Source: an uncultured Rhodospirillales bacterium
Lineage (GTDB): Bacteria; Pseudomonadota; Alphaproteobacteria; Rhodospirillales; UBA2165
DNA: 64,000 nt
Assembly: GCA_913055735.1 (NCBI GenBank)
Contig: CAJXKD010000001.1
Coordinates: 1,790,923 to 1,854,922, forward strand
Reading direction: 5' to 3'
The position numbers and the translations under genes are program-made. Under the pieces are notes generated by a model. The model saw only the letters and a list, made by a program, of their open reading frames with translations. It made no database searches and had not been told where the DNA came from. How positions within the stretch are numbered: position 1 is the first letter of the stretch; each line of letters starts with the position of its first letter. Shown piece after piece: positions 31,032 to 42,026 of the stretch.

Positions 31032-31754
31032 TTAATACATGTGCTGGCCGCCGTTCACGGACAAGGTGGAGCCCGTAATAAATCCGGCGTCGTCGGCAAC
31101 CAGAAAGAGGATGGCGCGGGCGATTTCCTCGGCTTTGCCCAGGCGGCCAACCGGAATCCTCTCGACGATCTTCTCCAGGACCCGTTCGGGAACGGCGGAA
31201 ACCATATCCGTGTCGATATAACCCGGTGCTACCGCGTTCACGGTGATCCCGATCGCGGCGCCTTCTTGGGCGAGGGCCTTGGTGAAGCCGTGAATGCCCG
31301 ATTTGGCGGCGGCGTAGTTGACTTGGCCATATTGACCGGCTTGTCCATTGATGGAGCCGATATTGACGATGCGGCCGAACTTACGCTCGCGCATGCCTTC
31401 GATCACTGCCCGGCTCATGTTGAAGCATGACCCCAAGTTGGTATCGATAACCGCTTGCCAATTTTCGGGGGTCATTTTGTGCATGGTCCCGTCACGGGTA
31501 ATCCCGGCATTGTTGACCAGCACCTCGACGGGACCGAGATCATTGGTGACCTGGGCGACGCCTGCGATGCAGGCATCATAGTCCGAAACGTCCCATTTGT
31601 AGGCGGGAATGCCAGTTTCGTCGGTAAACTGGCGTGCACGCTCATCGTTTCCGCCGTAATTCGCGGCGACTGAATATCCGGCGTCGCGTAGTGCTTTGCT
31701 GGTGGCGCCCCCGATACCGCGAGTTCCGCCCGTAACAATGGCTACTTTGCCCAT
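31032..31754 (-). CDS. phaB: Acetoacetyl-CoA reductase
   Basis: TGGTRGIG, NNAGITRD, GQYGQVNYAAAK, NGGQHMY. Confidence 0.96.
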   Translation of the reverse strand: MGKVAIVTGGTRGIGGATSKALRDAGYSVAANYGGNDERARQFTDETGIPAYKWDVSDYDACIAGVAQVTNDLGPVEVLVNNAGITRDGTMHKMTPENWQAVIDTNLGSCFNMSRAVIEGMRERKFGRIVNIGSINGQAGQYGQVNYAAAKSGIHGFTKALAQEGAAIGITVNAVAPGYIDTDMVSAVPERVLEKIVERIPVGRLGKAEEIARAILFLVADDAGFITGSTLSVNGGQHMY

Positions 31755-31902
31755 TACTCATTCTCCCCAAGCTTTTGTGTTTCGGCGGTTTCGTCCGCCC
31801 AAACTTTTTCGTGAATAAATTCCACGCTCAAAAATCTAACATCCGCCCCGCTTCGCGGAAATCCGAATCATTTGTGATTTTTATGACAGGCGGTGTGGAT
31901 GG

Positions 31903-31941
31903 AAACAAAAAGAGCGTGGAACCGATACCGGCACCACGCTC
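31903..31941 (-). terminator. Terminator after the phasin gene
   Basis: Stem GAGCGTGG/CCACGCTC followed by TTTTTGTTT on the minus strand. Confidence 0.75.
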
Positions 31942-31964
31942 AATTCAGGTTCCATGACGTCTGA

Positions 31965-32507
31965 TTAGGCGTTCAGGAAAGGTTTGACGAAAGATTCAAC
32001 CGTGCCGTCTACGCGGCTTTTTACCGGCTCGAACGTCTTTACCGCCGTATCGGTGGCAATTTTGTTGAGCTTCGTGGTTTGGGCGATCGCCTGGTTCAGG
32101 GACTTATTCACAGCTTCGATCTGCAGATCGATAAACTCTTGCGGGGTCTTGGCCGCGAAGACCTTTTGGAGAACGTCCATGCCCTCGGTAGTCGATTCCT
32201 TGGAGAAGGACATGACCTGCTCGTAGTAGGCTTCGGCGCCGGCAACGGCGGCCGAGGACGCGGCCGAGACAGCCTCGAGGTTGTCCTTGCCGTAGGTCAT
32301 CAGCTTGTCATAGGACGTTTTGGTGACGTCCATTTGCTCTTTGCCCATGGCAGCGGCGTTTTTGTAGCCTTCGGCAGCCGCTTCTGCGCCCATGTTCATG
32401 GCGGTTTTCAGCGTTTCCTGGCTCACCGAGGCAAGCGTTTCGATGGTCTCGGCGGCCGCTTCAGCGGTATCTTTGGCCACCGTGGTCTTGGCTTTAGTGG
32501 TGCTCAT
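31965..32507 (-). CDS. phaP: Phasin (PHA granule protein)
   Basis: GKDNLEAV...AKTPQEFIDLQ...FEPV phasin pattern; AGGAG RBS. Confidence 0.9.
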   Translation of the reverse strand: MSTTKAKTTVAKDTAEAAAETIETLASVSQETLKTAMNMGAEAAAEGYKNAAAMGKEQMDVTKTSYDKLMTYGKDNLEAVSAASSAAVAGAEAYYEQVMSFSKESTTEGMDVLQKVFAAKTPQEFIDLQIEAVNKSLNQAIAQTTKLNKIATDTAVKTFEPVKSRVDGTVESFVKPFLNA

Positions 32508-32535
32508 TTGATCAGCTCCTACAGTCACAACGGTA

Positions 32536-32637
32536 ATTTTGCGTGACAGAAATTTTTGCGATGCAAAAACATAATAGTCCAAGGATTTCCCGTGTCAATG
32601 GCTTTTTTGCATTGCAAAATATTTTGCAGTACAATAT
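32536..32637. promoter_or_regulatory. Cluster of PhaR-type operators (TGC-N3-GCA) between phaP and phaR
   Basis: TTTTTGCGATGCAAAAA (32553-32569) and TTTTGCATTGCAAAA (32605-32619), plus degenerate TTTTGCAGTACAAT and TTTTGCGTGACA. Confidence 0.8.
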
Positions 32638-32765
32638 ATTTTGTCAAGTATGGCAGACTGGTTCGTCTGTAACCGGCCGGTAGCCTCGGAAAAGCCCAGG
32701 AATCCTCTTGAATCCCCTGGGGTCCCCCGGGTCCGGCTCTCGGAAAGCCAATAGAGGACCGCCCC

Positions 32766-33386
32766 ATGCCCAAAGGCCAGGTCAACCCGGACGACCCCAT
32801 TATCATTAAGAAATACGCCAACCGCCGGCTGTACAACACGGCGGTTGCCGAATTCGTGACCCTCGATGATCTCTACACGATGGTTAAGGAGGGCCGGCAG
32901 TTCGTCGTCCGCGACGCCAAATCGGACACGGATATCACCACGTCTATTCTGGCCCAGATATTGGCCGAGGAAGAGGGACGGGGGAACAATCTGCTGCCGC
33001 TCAACTATCTCCGTCAGCTTCTGAGTTTTTACAACGAGGGGGTCGGGCAGTATCTGTCGACGTACCTCGACCAGAGCATGGAGAATTTCTCCAACAATCA
33101 GCAGCAGATCATGAAGCAGATGCAAGATATGTTCGGCGGTGCCGGCGCTCTGCAGCAGATCAACGAGATCAACCGCCGCAATATGGAAATTTTCCAGAAA
33201 TCACTGGCGATGTTCGGTACGCCGAACGCCGCCTCCGGCAACGGTGCCCACGGCAATGGGAACGGGGCAGTTGCCAGCGAAGAGGCGCAAACGCAGATCA
33301 AGGACCTCGAGCAACAAGTGGCGACGCTTCAGCAACAACTCGACGAACTTTCCAAAGACACGGATGAACTTTCTGAAGACAAGTAA
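32766..33386 (+). CDS. phaR: PHA synthesis repressor PhaR
   Basis: IIIKKYANRRLYNT...VTLDDL...DIT..ILAQI. Confidence 0.96.
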   Translation: MPKGQVNPDDPIIIKKYANRRLYNTAVAEFVTLDDLYTMVKEGRQFVVRDAKSDTDITTSILAQILAEEEGRGNNLLPLNYLRQLLSFYNEGVGQYLSTYLDQSMENFSNNQQQIMKQMQDMFGGAGALQQINEINRRNMEIFQKSLAMFGTPNAASGNGAHGNGNGAVASEEAQTQIKDLEQQVATLQQQLDELSKDTDELSEDK

Positions 33387-33425
33387 CCCCACGCAGTAGA
33401 TCAACAATAAGGGGCTAGTCCCGTC

Positions 33426-33869
33426 ATGGATGACACAACAATCAAACGTACGTACGCTTTCGAAGAGATCGAGGTCGGCATGACCGGCGAGTATTCACGG
33501 GTTCTGACCGCTGCGGATATCGAGAAGTTCTCAGAGGTTTCGGGCGACGTGAATCCGATCCATCTGGATGACGCTTACGCCAAGTCGTCCATTTTCGGTG
33601 AACGTATCAGCCACGGTATTCTGACCGCCGGCTACATCTCGGCAACGTTCGCCAATGAATTTCCCGGACCCGGCTGGATTTATGTCAACCAGTCTCTGCG
33701 CTTCAAAGCGCCGGTGAAAATCGGTGATGAAGTTCACACTCAGGTCACCGTGGCGCGCTGTGTCCCGGAAAAACAGTTCGTTGAATTCAAGACCGTGTGC
33801 AAGGTTGGGGATGCGGTCGTTCTCGACGGCGAGGCGACCCTCATGGCGCCGCGCCTGGTCACAGGCTAA
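33426..33869 (+). CDS. MaoC family (R)-specific enoyl-CoA hydratase (PhaJ-like)
   Basis: SGDVNPIHLD, RISHG, PGPG, F.APV. Confidence 0.88.
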   Translation: MDDTTIKRTYAFEEIEVGMTGEYSRVLTAADIEKFSEVSGDVNPIHLDDAYAKSSIFGERISHGILTAGYISATFANEFPGPGWIYVNQSLRFKAPVKIGDEVHTQVTVARCVPEKQFVEFKTVCKVGDAVVLDGEATLMAPRLVTG

Positions 33870-34004
33870 GAAAACCAGTTAATCTGGTCGGGCGGCGTAT
33901 CGAGCCGCGAACAATGAAGATCCCGTCGAAGGGCGGGGCACCAAAGGAAGATCAGAGGGAAGAACGGCGATGGCCTCGGAGCCGTCGTCTTTGAGGAGGA
34001 AAAC

Positions 34005-35189
34005 GTGGCACAGGATAATGATATCGTCATCGCCGGTGCGGCCCGCACCGCCATCGGCAGTTTCGGCGGCGGCCTTTCGCCGCTGGCCAGTCATGAATTG
34101 GGCGCCATTGTCATTGCTGAGGCCCTGAAGCGGGCGGACGTCGATCCCGCCGATGTGGCCGAGGTGGTGATGGGGCAGGTTCTGTCGGCTGGCGTCGGTA
34201 TGAACCCGGCGCGTCAGGCGGCGATGGCGGCGGGTGTCCCGAAAGAGAGGACGGCCTACGGCATCAATCAGGTGTGCGGATCTGGCCTCCGAACGGTGGC
34301 GTTGGGTGCGCAGGCGATCAAGGTCGGCGATGCCGACATCGTTGTCGCCGGTGGTCATGAAAGCATGTCCAATTCCCCGCACTGCGCTAAGCTCCGTGAC
34401 GGCACGAAGATGGGTCCCGTCGAGTTCGTCGATACCATGATCAAGGATGGCCTGTGGGACGTCTTCAACGGCTATCACATGGGCAACACGGCGGAGAACG
34501 TGGCCAATCAATGGCAGATTACCCGCGAACAGCAGGATGCTTTCGCCGCCGACTCCCAGGCACGTGCCGAAGCCGCCCAAAAAGCCGGTAAGTTTGCCGA
34601 CGAGATCATCGCGGTGACGGTCAAAAACCGCAAAGGCGACATCGTCATCGACACCGATGAGCATCCCCGGCACGGGACGACGGTCGAGTCTCTCGCCAAA
34701 CTGCGTCCTGCATTCGACAAGGAAGGAAGTGTGACGGCCGGCAATGCGTCGGGAATTAACGACGGCGCGGCGGCGACCGTGCTGATGACAGCGGCCGAAG
34801 CTCAGAAACGCGGGATCAAGCCATTGGCGCGCATCGTATCTTGGGCGACCGTCGGGCTGGATCCGTCGATCATGGGCGCGGGGCCGATCCCGGCAAGCCA
34901 GGCGGCGCTCGAGAAAGCAGGATGGACCGTCGAAGACCTCGATCTGATCGAGGCCAATGAAGCCTTCGCGGCGCAGGCCTGTGCCGTTTCCAAGGAGCTG
35001 GGCTTCGATGGCGACAAGGTGAATGTCAATGGCGGGGCCATTGCTCTCGGCCATCCCATTGGTGCGTCGGGCACCCGCATTCTGGTGACGCTGTTGTATG
35101 AAATGCAACGCCGCGACGCACATAAAGGCCTCGCGACGCTGTGTATCGGCGGCGGCATGGGCATCGCCATGTGCCTTGAGCGCGACTAA
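34005..35189 (+). CDS. phaA: Acetyl-CoA acetyltransferase (beta-ketothiolase)
   Basis: [24 protein letters not shown]; GAGGAGG RBS. Confidence 0.96.
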   Translation: MAQDNDIVIAGAARTAIGSFGGGLSPLASHELGAIVIAEALKRADVDPADVAEVVMGQVLSAGVGMNPARQAAMAAGVPKERTAYGINQVCGSGLRTVALGAQAIKVGDADIVVAGGHESMSNSPHCAKLRDGTKMGPVEFVDTMIKDGLWDVFNGYHMGNTAENVANQWQITREQQDAFAADSQARAEAAQKAGKFADEIIAVTVKNRKGDIVIDTDEHPRHGTTVESLAKLRPAFDKEGSVTAGNASGINDGAAATVLMTAAEAQKRGIKPLARIVSWATVGLDPSIMGAGPIPASQAALEKAGWTVEDLDLIEANEAFAAQACAVSKELGFDGDKVNVNGGAIALGHPIGASGTRILVTLLYEMQRRDAHKGLATLCIGGGMGIAMCLERD

Positions 35190-35256
35190 CGGGGCGTCCG
35201 CCTAGAGATCAGTCCGGCGCCATTTTGCTTTTGTGGGAAGGTGTGAAAAGGCGCGG

Positions 35257-35928
35257 TCAGTCGCGGCCGTAATATTTCTCGCCGATCTTGATGCGCTCGC
35301 GGCCCTGGGAAACCCGGTGGGCGTTGGTGTCGCGTAGCGAATAGACGCAGCCGCAATATTCCTGCTGGTAGAATTGCTCTTCTTTGGAGATTTCCAGCAT
35401 GCGCTGCGCTCCACCTTTCTTGCGCCAATTGTGCGTCCAGTAGGAAAGCCCGGGATAGCGGACGGCGGCACGCTCGCCGCAGCCGTTGATCTGCTCCAGG
35501 TTCTTCCAGCGCGAGGTGCCGAGCGTGCTGGTAAAGACCTTGAAGCCGTGTTCGACGGCATAAAGCGCGCTGCGTTCGAACCGCATATCGAAACAGGCCG
35601 TGCACCGCGCGCCGCGCTCCGGTTCCCATTCAAGCCCTTTTACCCGCTCGAACCAATTGTCGGTGTCGTAATCGAGATCGACGAACGAAACGCCCAGCTT
35701 TTCGGCGTGGCGTTTATTCTCGTCCTTACGCAGTTCGTATTCGCGGCGGGGGTGGATGTTGGGATTGTAGAACAACACGTCGTAGTCGATTTCGGACCGC
35801 GCCAGTTCGTTCATCACGTCGCCGGCGCAGGGCGCGCAGCAGGAATGGAGTAGCAGCCGCGTCTCGCCCCCCGGCGCGGTAAGCGTCGGACGGTCGTCGG
35901 GATCGGTGGGGCTCTTCGTCTTGTTCAT
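35257..35928 (-). CDS. queH: Epoxyqueuosine reductase QueH
   Basis: [30 protein letters not shown]. Confidence 0.92.
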   Translation of the reverse strand: MNKTKSPTDPDDRPTLTAPGGETRLLLHSCCAPCAGDVMNELARSEIDYDVLFYNPNIHPRREYELRKDENKRHAEKLGVSFVDLDYDTDNWFERVKGLEWEPERGARCTACFDMRFERSALYAVEHGFKVFTSTLGTSRWKNLEQINGCGERAAVRYPGLSYWTHNWRKKGGAQRMLEISKEEQFYQQEYCGCVYSLRDTNAHRVSQGRERIKIGEKYYGRD

Positions 35929-36219
35929 CAGCGGAACACTTCTGCAGCGGCTCGATTTTGCTCCTCGTGCGGCTGTATACCCTGCCCCGGCGCGGCGGCG
36001 CAATCCCCCGCAAAATGATGGGGCGGACAAATACCCGATATTCTTAGTCACATGTGGATAGAATATTTTGTTTAAAAACAATAGCATAGAATATATTATA
36101 CAGATTTTAGTTAATCAAATAAGGTGGCAGATTGTGGGCGCTGAAAGCGGTTGTCACATTGATTAACTATAAAACGTATAATTATAGCTGCTTCTCTCAC
36201 CGTGGCAGACATTCTCTCG

Positions 36220-36271
36220 GTAACTTTTTATTAACCATTTGCCGCAAGATTGCACCTAACAAAAGGTTAAC
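36220..36271. promoter_or_regulatory. Two CtrA-like boxes
   Basis: GTAA-N7-TTAACCAT (36220-36238) and CTAA-N7-TTAAC (36256-36271). Confidence 0.6.
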
Positions 36272-36362
36272 AGGCCAGGATTCCCGCCGTTGCCGCTATC
36301 GGTCGCGTGTTAAGGGAAACCGGTTTCACCAAGGCTAGGCATCTATGGCAGGGAGGACCGCC

Positions 36363-36845
36363 ATGGCTCATAAACCCCGTGAAGGGTTTTGGATTTCCGT
36401 TTTGGCGGTGGGTGCCCTCTGTGCCTTTCTCGTCCCCATCCTTTTAGCGACATTTGCCACCCGCGACTCCCAGGCAGCGGATCAGGCGGGCCGTAACCAC
36501 GTATCCGCGTCCGTGGCCGGGTCCGGCACTGGGGCAGCCGTCGGCGAGAAATGCGGCGATCGCGCCTGGATCGTCGAGGCTCTTGGCGGGGAGCATGGCG
36601 AGGTTTGGCAGTCCAGCGGCCAATCGGCGGCGGGCATGGTGATCGAACTGTTTACCTCGCCGGCGGGAACCTGGACCCTGATTATAACCCGGCCCGACGG
36701 CGTTGCTTGCCTGCTGGCCACGGGGAAGAACTGGTCCGGAGTGCCGGGCAAGCTTGGCGGGAAAATGCCCAGATTCTCGGATGGTCCTGCGGCCGGCGCG
36801 TCACAGGGCCGGGAACTAGGCCGTCCGGCTCAAACAGCGGCCTAA
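36363..36845 (+). CDS. Conserved hypothetical exported protein
   Basis: N-terminal TM/signal, C.DR..IV..L...GE...ELF.S..GTWT....PDG.AC...G..W pattern; GGAGG RBS. Confidence 0.75.
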   Translation: MAHKPREGFWISVLAVGALCAFLVPILLATFATRDSQAADQAGRNHVSASVAGSGTGAAVGEKCGDRAWIVEALGGEHGEVWQSSGQSAAGMVIELFTSPAGTWTLIITRPDGVACLLATGKNWSGVPGKLGGKMPRFSDGPAAGASQGRELGRPAQTAA

Positions 36846-36850
36846 ACTGT

Positions 36851-36878
36851 AAAAAGCCTTGTTACGGCAAGGTTTTTT
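36851..36878 (+). terminator. Rho-independent terminator
   Basis: AAAAAGCCTTG-TTACGG-CAAGGTTTTTT. Confidence 0.75.
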
Positions 36879-37118
36879 CCCCATTTGGGAAATTGAAGGT
36901 TAACGGTGGGCGACAGATAATTGATTCAACAAGCCCCTCAGGCGTGGTATACATCCGGCGACCGGATACCGCTGTCGACGTGCCGTTGAACAAAGCCGGA
37001 AACCCTTGCAGCCGATAGGCCGAGTATGGCCCGCACTGGCGCTGGGGAAAGGCATTGGGGGAAATGGCTTGGGGTGCGGAGAGACCGGCAAGCGAATCAA
37101 ATAACGGCTCGAAGCGGC

Positions 37119-38465
37119 ATGAAAGAAAAAACTCTGCTCTTGATGAAACGCGTCCCGTGGGCGGCCGTGCTCATTCTTGTGTCGGTTCTTCCCATTTTGG
37201 TTCTCGATTTCCGGCCGTCGGGCGCGGCGTTGATTCCCGATGCACTGACCTCTGGCACGGATATTGAAACCGCGTCCCTCCCGGAAGCGACCGAGCCGAT
37301 CGTCGAAGCGCCGCAGCTGGAGGAGGAGACGGGGCCCATCACTGTTAGCCGCACGCTGCATATCGGCCGTGGCGACACGCTCATGAAGTTGCTGACCAAG
37401 GCCGGTGTCGACCGCCGCGATGCGCACAACGCCATTGAAGCCCTCCGCGATCACTTCGATCCGCGCCGCTTGCGTCTCGATCACCAGGTTGTTGTCGATT
37501 TCGAATATCCGCGTGACGATCCGGACGCCCAATCCTTTGCGGCGCTGACCATTCGCCCAGATCGGCTCCATGCGGTCGTGGTGAGCCGTGTCGATGACGG
37601 CTTCAAAGCGCAGAAGACCAAGAAAGAGGTCAACCGTGGCCTTGTTCGCGCCGACGGCGTAATCAAATCGAGCCTCTATGTGGCCGCCACCAAGGCAGGC
37701 GTTCCGCCGGCGGTTCTGGTGGAATTGGTGCGTATCTATTCCTGGGATCTCGACTTCCAGCGCTCCATCCAGCCGGAGGATCGGTTCGAGGTCATGTACG
37801 AGCGCTATGTGACCGAGGACGGTAAAGCCGTTCGCTATGGCGATATCCTTTACGCCAATCTGGTGCTTCAGGGTGAGCCCCATATGCTTTACCGGTATCA
37901 ATCCAAGGACGGAAATTTCGTCGATTATTATGACGAAAACGGTAAAGGCGCGCGCAAGGCTTTGATGCGGACGCCCATCAACGGGGCCCGGTTGTCATCC
38001 GGCTACGGTGTTCGCCGCCATCCCATCCTCGGCTTTAACAAGATGCACCGGGGGGTCGATTTTGCCGCGCCCAAGGGGACGCCCGTCTATGCCGCCGGTA
38101 ACGGCACCATTGTCTATCGTGGCCGCAACGGCGGTTACGGCAACTACGTTCGCATCCGCCACAATGCCGAATTCTCCACCGCTTATGCCCACCTCAACGG
38201 GTTCTCCGCGAAGGCGCGCAAAGGCGCCCGGGTGAAGCAGGGCGATGTCATCGGATATGTCGGCTCGACCGGCCGATCGACCGGGGCGCACCTTCACTAC
38301 GAGATCTTGCGGCGCGGCCGGCAGGTCAATCCCATGCGGGTAAAGATGCCGTCCAGTGAAACATTGGCCGGTGCCGAAATGAAGCGGTTCCAATCCGCGC
38401 GTGTGCAGATCGATGCGCAACTCGCGGCACTGCCGCACAGCACGCAGGTTGCCGAAAGCAACTAA
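37119..38465 (+). CDS. M23 family peptidoglycan DD-endopeptidase
   Basis: HRGVD, YGNY, YAHL, HLH motifs. Start uncertain (37026, 37119 or later). Confidence 0.92.
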   Translation: MKEKTLLLMKRVPWAAVLILVSVLPILVLDFRPSGAALIPDALTSGTDIETASLPEATEPIVEAPQLEEETGPITVSRTLHIGRGDTLMKLLTKAGVDRRDAHNAIEALRDHFDPRRLRLDHQVVVDFEYPRDDPDAQSFAALTIRPDRLHAVVVSRVDDGFKAQKTKKEVNRGLVRADGVIKSSLYVAATKAGVPPAVLVELVRIYSWDLDFQRSIQPEDRFEVMYERYVTEDGKAVRYGDILYANLVLQGEPHMLYRYQSKDGNFVDYYDENGKGARKALMRTPINGARLSSGYGVRRHPILGFNKMHRGVDFAAPKGTPVYAAGNGTIVYRGRNGGYGNYVRIRHNAEFSTAYAHLNGFSAKARKGARVKQGDVIGYVGSTGRSTGAHLHYEILRRGRQVNPMRVKMPSSETLAGAEMKRFQSARVQIDAQLAALPHSTQVAESN

Positions 38466-38494
38466 GGAAACACAGTCGGATAGAAAGGCGGCCG

Positions 38495-41092
38495 TTAGGC
38501 CGCTTCCGCCGCGACCTCTACCCCATTGATGGAAAGGCCAGACCCGCTCGCGGTCACGCGGACCGTGTCGCCGTCGGAAATCTTATCCTCGAGCAACATG
38601 GCCGCTAACGGGTTTTCCAGGTTGCGCTGGATCACCCGCTTCAAGGGCCGCGCGCCATAGACCTGATCGTATCCGGCATCGGCCAGCCATTTCAGCGCGC
38701 CGTCATCGAGATCGAGCGAAATCTTACGATCTTCCAGGCGCTTCCGCAGACGGTCGAGCTGGATGTCCACGATGCCGCCCATGTGTTCGCGGAACAACCG
38801 GTGGAACAGGATGATCTCGTCCAACCGGTTGAGGAACTCGGGGCGGAAGGAGGCTCTGACGATCTCCATCACCTGATCGCGTACCTCCGTCGAATCGTGG
38901 CCCTCCTCCTGTGCGGCAAGAATCTCCGCGCCGAGATTGGAGGTCAGGATGATCAATGTGTTGCGGAAATCCACCGTCCGGCCTTGACCGTCGGTCAAGC
39001 GACCGTCGTCCAACACCTGCAGCAGGATATTGAAGACGTCCGGATGGGCTTTTTCGATCTCGTCGAACAGGATCACCTGATAAGGCCGGCGGCGGACCGC
39101 TTCGGTCAGCGCGCCGCCTTCCTCGTAGCCGACATAGCCGGGCGGTGCGCCGATGAGCCGGGCAACCGCGTGCTTCTCCATGTACTCGGACATGTCGAGC
39201 CGCTGCATGGCGGTTTCGTCATCGAACAGAAATTCGGCGAGCGCCTTGGTCAACTCGGTCTTGCCGACACCCGTTGGACCGATGAACAGGAACGACCCCA
39301 ACGGCCGCTGAGGATCGCCCAGCCCGGCGCGGGCGCGCCGGACGGCATTTGAGACGGCGGCTAGGGCTTCTTTCTGACCGATGACCCGTTCCGCCAGCAC
39401 ATCTTCCATGTGAACGAGCTTCTCACGCTCGCCCTGCAACATCTTGTCGACGGGGATACCGGTCCATCGCGAGACGACAGCCGCGATTTGCTCCTCAGTC
39501 ACCGTCTCCTGAACTAGCTTGTGCTCCTCGGCGGTCTCGGCGGCTTGGAGCTTTCTTTCTAGCTCGGGGATTTCGCCGTACTGGAGCTCGCCCGCTTTTT
39601 CGTATTGCCCATCGCGGAGCGCAATCTCCAGATCGATGCGGGCCTGGTCGAGTTCTTCTTTCACCTTATGGGTGGCGGCGATTTCGTCCTTCTCCGTCGT
39701 CCATTTGGCCGTCATGTCGGCCGATTTGGCTTCGAGGTCGGCGAGTTCTTCGTTCAGCTTCTCCAGCCGGTCCTTCGATGCCTTGTCCTCTTCCTTCTTG
39801 AGGGCCTCGCGCTCGATCTTCAACTGAATGATCCGGCGGTCCAACTCGTCGATATCCTCGGGCTTGGAATCCACCTCCATGCGCAGCCGGCTGGCGGCTT
39901 CGTCGACCAGGTCGATGGCCTTATCAGGCAGAAACCGGTCGGTAATGTACCGGTTGGAGAGCACAGCCGCCGAGACCAGAGCGCCATCGGTAATGCGGAC
40001 CCCATGATGCAGGTCGTACTTTTCCTTGATGCCGCGCAGGATGGAAATGGTGTCTTCCACGGTCGGCTCGGAAATGAACACCGGCTGGAACCGCCGTGCG
40101 AGCGCCGCGTCCTTTTCAACATGTTTGCGGTATTCGTTGAGGGTTGTGGCACCGACGCAGTGCAACTCGCCGCGTGCCAAGGCCGGTTTGAGCAGATTGG
40201 ACGCGTCGATGGCGCCTTCCGCCGCGCCGGCACCGACCAACGTATGCATTTCGTCGATGAACAGGATGATCTCGCCCATGGAATCGACAACTTCGTTGAG
40301 CACGGCCTTGAGGCGTTCCTCGAACTCGCCGCGGAATTTGGCGCCTGCCAATAGCGCCCCAAGATCGAGCACGATCAGGCGTTTATCGATAAGTGCCTCG
40401 GGGACGTCGCCGTTGACGATCCGCTGCGCGAGTCCTTCGACGATGGCGGTTTTACCAACGCCGGGCTCACCGATCAGGACGGGATTGTTTTTGGTGCGGC
40501 GCGCCAGCACTTGGATGGTGCGGCGGATTTCCTCGTCGCGGCCGATCACCGGATCGAGCTTGCCGGACCGCGCTTCCGCCGTCAGATCGCGGCCGTACTT
40601 CTTGAGAGCGTCGTAGCTGTCCTCGGCCGTCGCGGAATCGGCCTTGCGACCGTGGCGCACGTCCTCGATTGCCTTGTTCAGGTTCTGAGGGGTGACACCG
40701 GCGTCGGCGAGCACCTTATGAGAGGGCGTGCCGGGCAAGATGGCGAGTGCCAGCAACAGCCGTTCGGCGGTGACGAAGGAATCGCCGGCCTTCTCAGCCA
40801 GTTCCTCGGCTTGGGCCAAGACCTTGGTCAGTTCCTGCGACACATAGACTTGACCGGCACCGGCGCCTTCCACCTGGGGCAGGCGTTTCAATTCTTCGCT
40901 AACATGCTGGTGGGCTTGGGTCGGGTTGCCGCCCGCTGCAGTAATAAGGTTGGATGCCAACCCCTCCTTGTCTTCCAACAACACCTTCAAAAGGTGCTCC
41001 GGTGTCAGTTGCTGATGGGAAAGACGGCTGGCCGTAGTCTGCGCGGACTGGATGAAGCCCCGAGAACGCTCGGTGTATTTTTCGAAATCCAT
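38495..41092 (-). CDS. clpB: ATP-dependent chaperone ClpB
   Basis: Two AAA modules ([16 protein letters not shown]), GYVG loop, coiled-coil M domain. Confidence 0.98.
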   Translation of the reverse strand: MDFEKYTERSRGFIQSAQTTASRLSHQQLTPEHLLKVLLEDKEGLASNLITAAGGNPTQAHQHVSEELKRLPQVEGAGAGQVYVSQELTKVLAQAEELAEKAGDSFVTAERLLLALAILPGTPSHKVLADAGVTPQNLNKAIEDVRHGRKADSATAEDSYDALKKYGRDLTAEARSGKLDPVIGRDEEIRRTIQVLARRTKNNPVLIGEPGVGKTAIVEGLAQRIVNGDVPEALIDKRLIVLDLGALLAGAKFRGEFEERLKAVLNEVVDSMGEIILFIDEMHTLVGAGAAEGAIDASNLLKPALARGELHCVGATTLNEYRKHVEKDAALARRFQPVFISEPTVEDTISILRGIKEKYDLHHGVRITDGALVSAAVLSNRYITDRFLPDKAIDLVDEAASRLRMEVDSKPEDIDELDRRIIQLKIEREALKKEEDKASKDRLEKLNEELADLEAKSADMTAKWTTEKDEIAATHKVKEELDQARIDLEIALRDGQYEKAGELQYGEIPELERKLQAAETAEEHKLVQETVTEEQIAAVVSRWTGIPVDKMLQGEREKLVHMEDVLAERVIGQKEALAAVSNAVRRARAGLGDPQRPLGSFLFIGPTGVGKTELTKALAEFLFDDETAMQRLDMSEYMEKHAVARLIGAPPGYVGYEEGGALTEAVRRRPYQVILFDEIEKAHPDVFNILLQVLDDGRLTDGQGRTVDFRNTLIILTSNLGAEILAAQEEGHDSTEVRDQVMEIVRASFRPEFLNRLDEIILFHRLFREHMGGIVDIQLDRLRKRLEDRKISLDLDDGALKWLADAGYDQVYGARPLKRVIQRNLENPLAAMLLEDKISDGDTVRVTASGSGLSINGVEVAAEAA

Positions 41093-41250
41093 TTGGATCC
41101 ACCTTTACTTCGACAAGGCAATTCGCCCCTATTATAAGGCAACGAACCACCCCTCATTAGATGGGTAACGATGCTACCTTAAATATGTCGTGCCCGCAGG
41201 CGGCTGCAAGTGGGAACAGACGGCATTTTGCACCCCGGGATTCCGCAAAA

Positions 41251-42009
41251 ATGGCTGTAATGATCAAAAAACTCTACCGTTACCCCGTTAAGGGCATGAC
41301 GGCGCAACCCCTGGATCGCGTCGATTTGGAGGTCGGTCGCGAGATGCCATTCGATCGCGCCTACGCCCTGGCCCGCTCAAATACGGCATTTGATTCCGGC
41401 CATCCCACCTGGCTTGCCAAGACCAACTTCCTCATGTTGATGCGGGACGAGCGCATGGCGGAGATCGAGGCGGGCTTCGATCCGGCGACGAAGACCTTGT
41501 CCCTTTCATTGGAAGGCCGCGCTCTGGCGGAAGGTTGTCTGGATGACGCGGATGGCCGTGCCCGCATCGAAAACGCCGTTGCCGACGTCTTGGGACTGGG
41601 CGAGAGCGAACGGCCGCGACTTGTCGCGGCGCCGGGCCATACCTTCTCCGATTATGATGCCAAGGTCATATCGCTGATCAATTTGGCGTCGGTCGAGGCG
41701 CTTGCCGAGGTCATGGGTGAACCGGTCGATCCCCTACGGTTTCGGGGAAACCTCTATGTCGAGGGGGCGGCGCCATGGGCGGAGTTCGATTGGATCGGCC
41801 GGCAGATCAAAATCGGCGGTGTTGTGCTGGAGCCTATCCACCGCACCAAGCGATGCGCGGCAACCAACGTGAACCCGGTCACCGCCGCGCGGGATCTGAA
41901 CATTCCGAAGGCGCTGCAGAAAACCTACGGACATATGGATATGGGAATTTACGCGCGTGTCGTTGCGCCCGGTACCATCGCCCCAGGCAAAAGTCTCGAA
42001 ATCAGCTAG
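41251..42009 (+). CDS. MOSC domain protein
   Basis: YRYPVKG, DR.YAL, RFRGN, RC. Confidence 0.9.
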   Translation: MAVMIKKLYRYPVKGMTAQPLDRVDLEVGREMPFDRAYALARSNTAFDSGHPTWLAKTNFLMLMRDERMAEIEAGFDPATKTLSLSLEGRALAEGCLDDADGRARIENAVADVLGLGESERPRLVAAPGHTFSDYDAKVISLINLASVEALAEVMGEPVDPLRFRGNLYVEGAAPWAEFDWIGRQIKIGGVVLEPIHRTKRCAATNVNPVTAARDLNIPKALQKTYGHMDMGIYARVVAPGTIAPGKSLEIS

Positions 42010-42026
42010 CGTTCGCTGAAAAGGCC

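Noticed and set aside
33965-33990. GGCGATGG hairpin before phaA as a fluoride riboswitch
   Set aside because: The downstream conserved elements are missing and the gene context is wrong. It is only a small hairpin next to the RBS.
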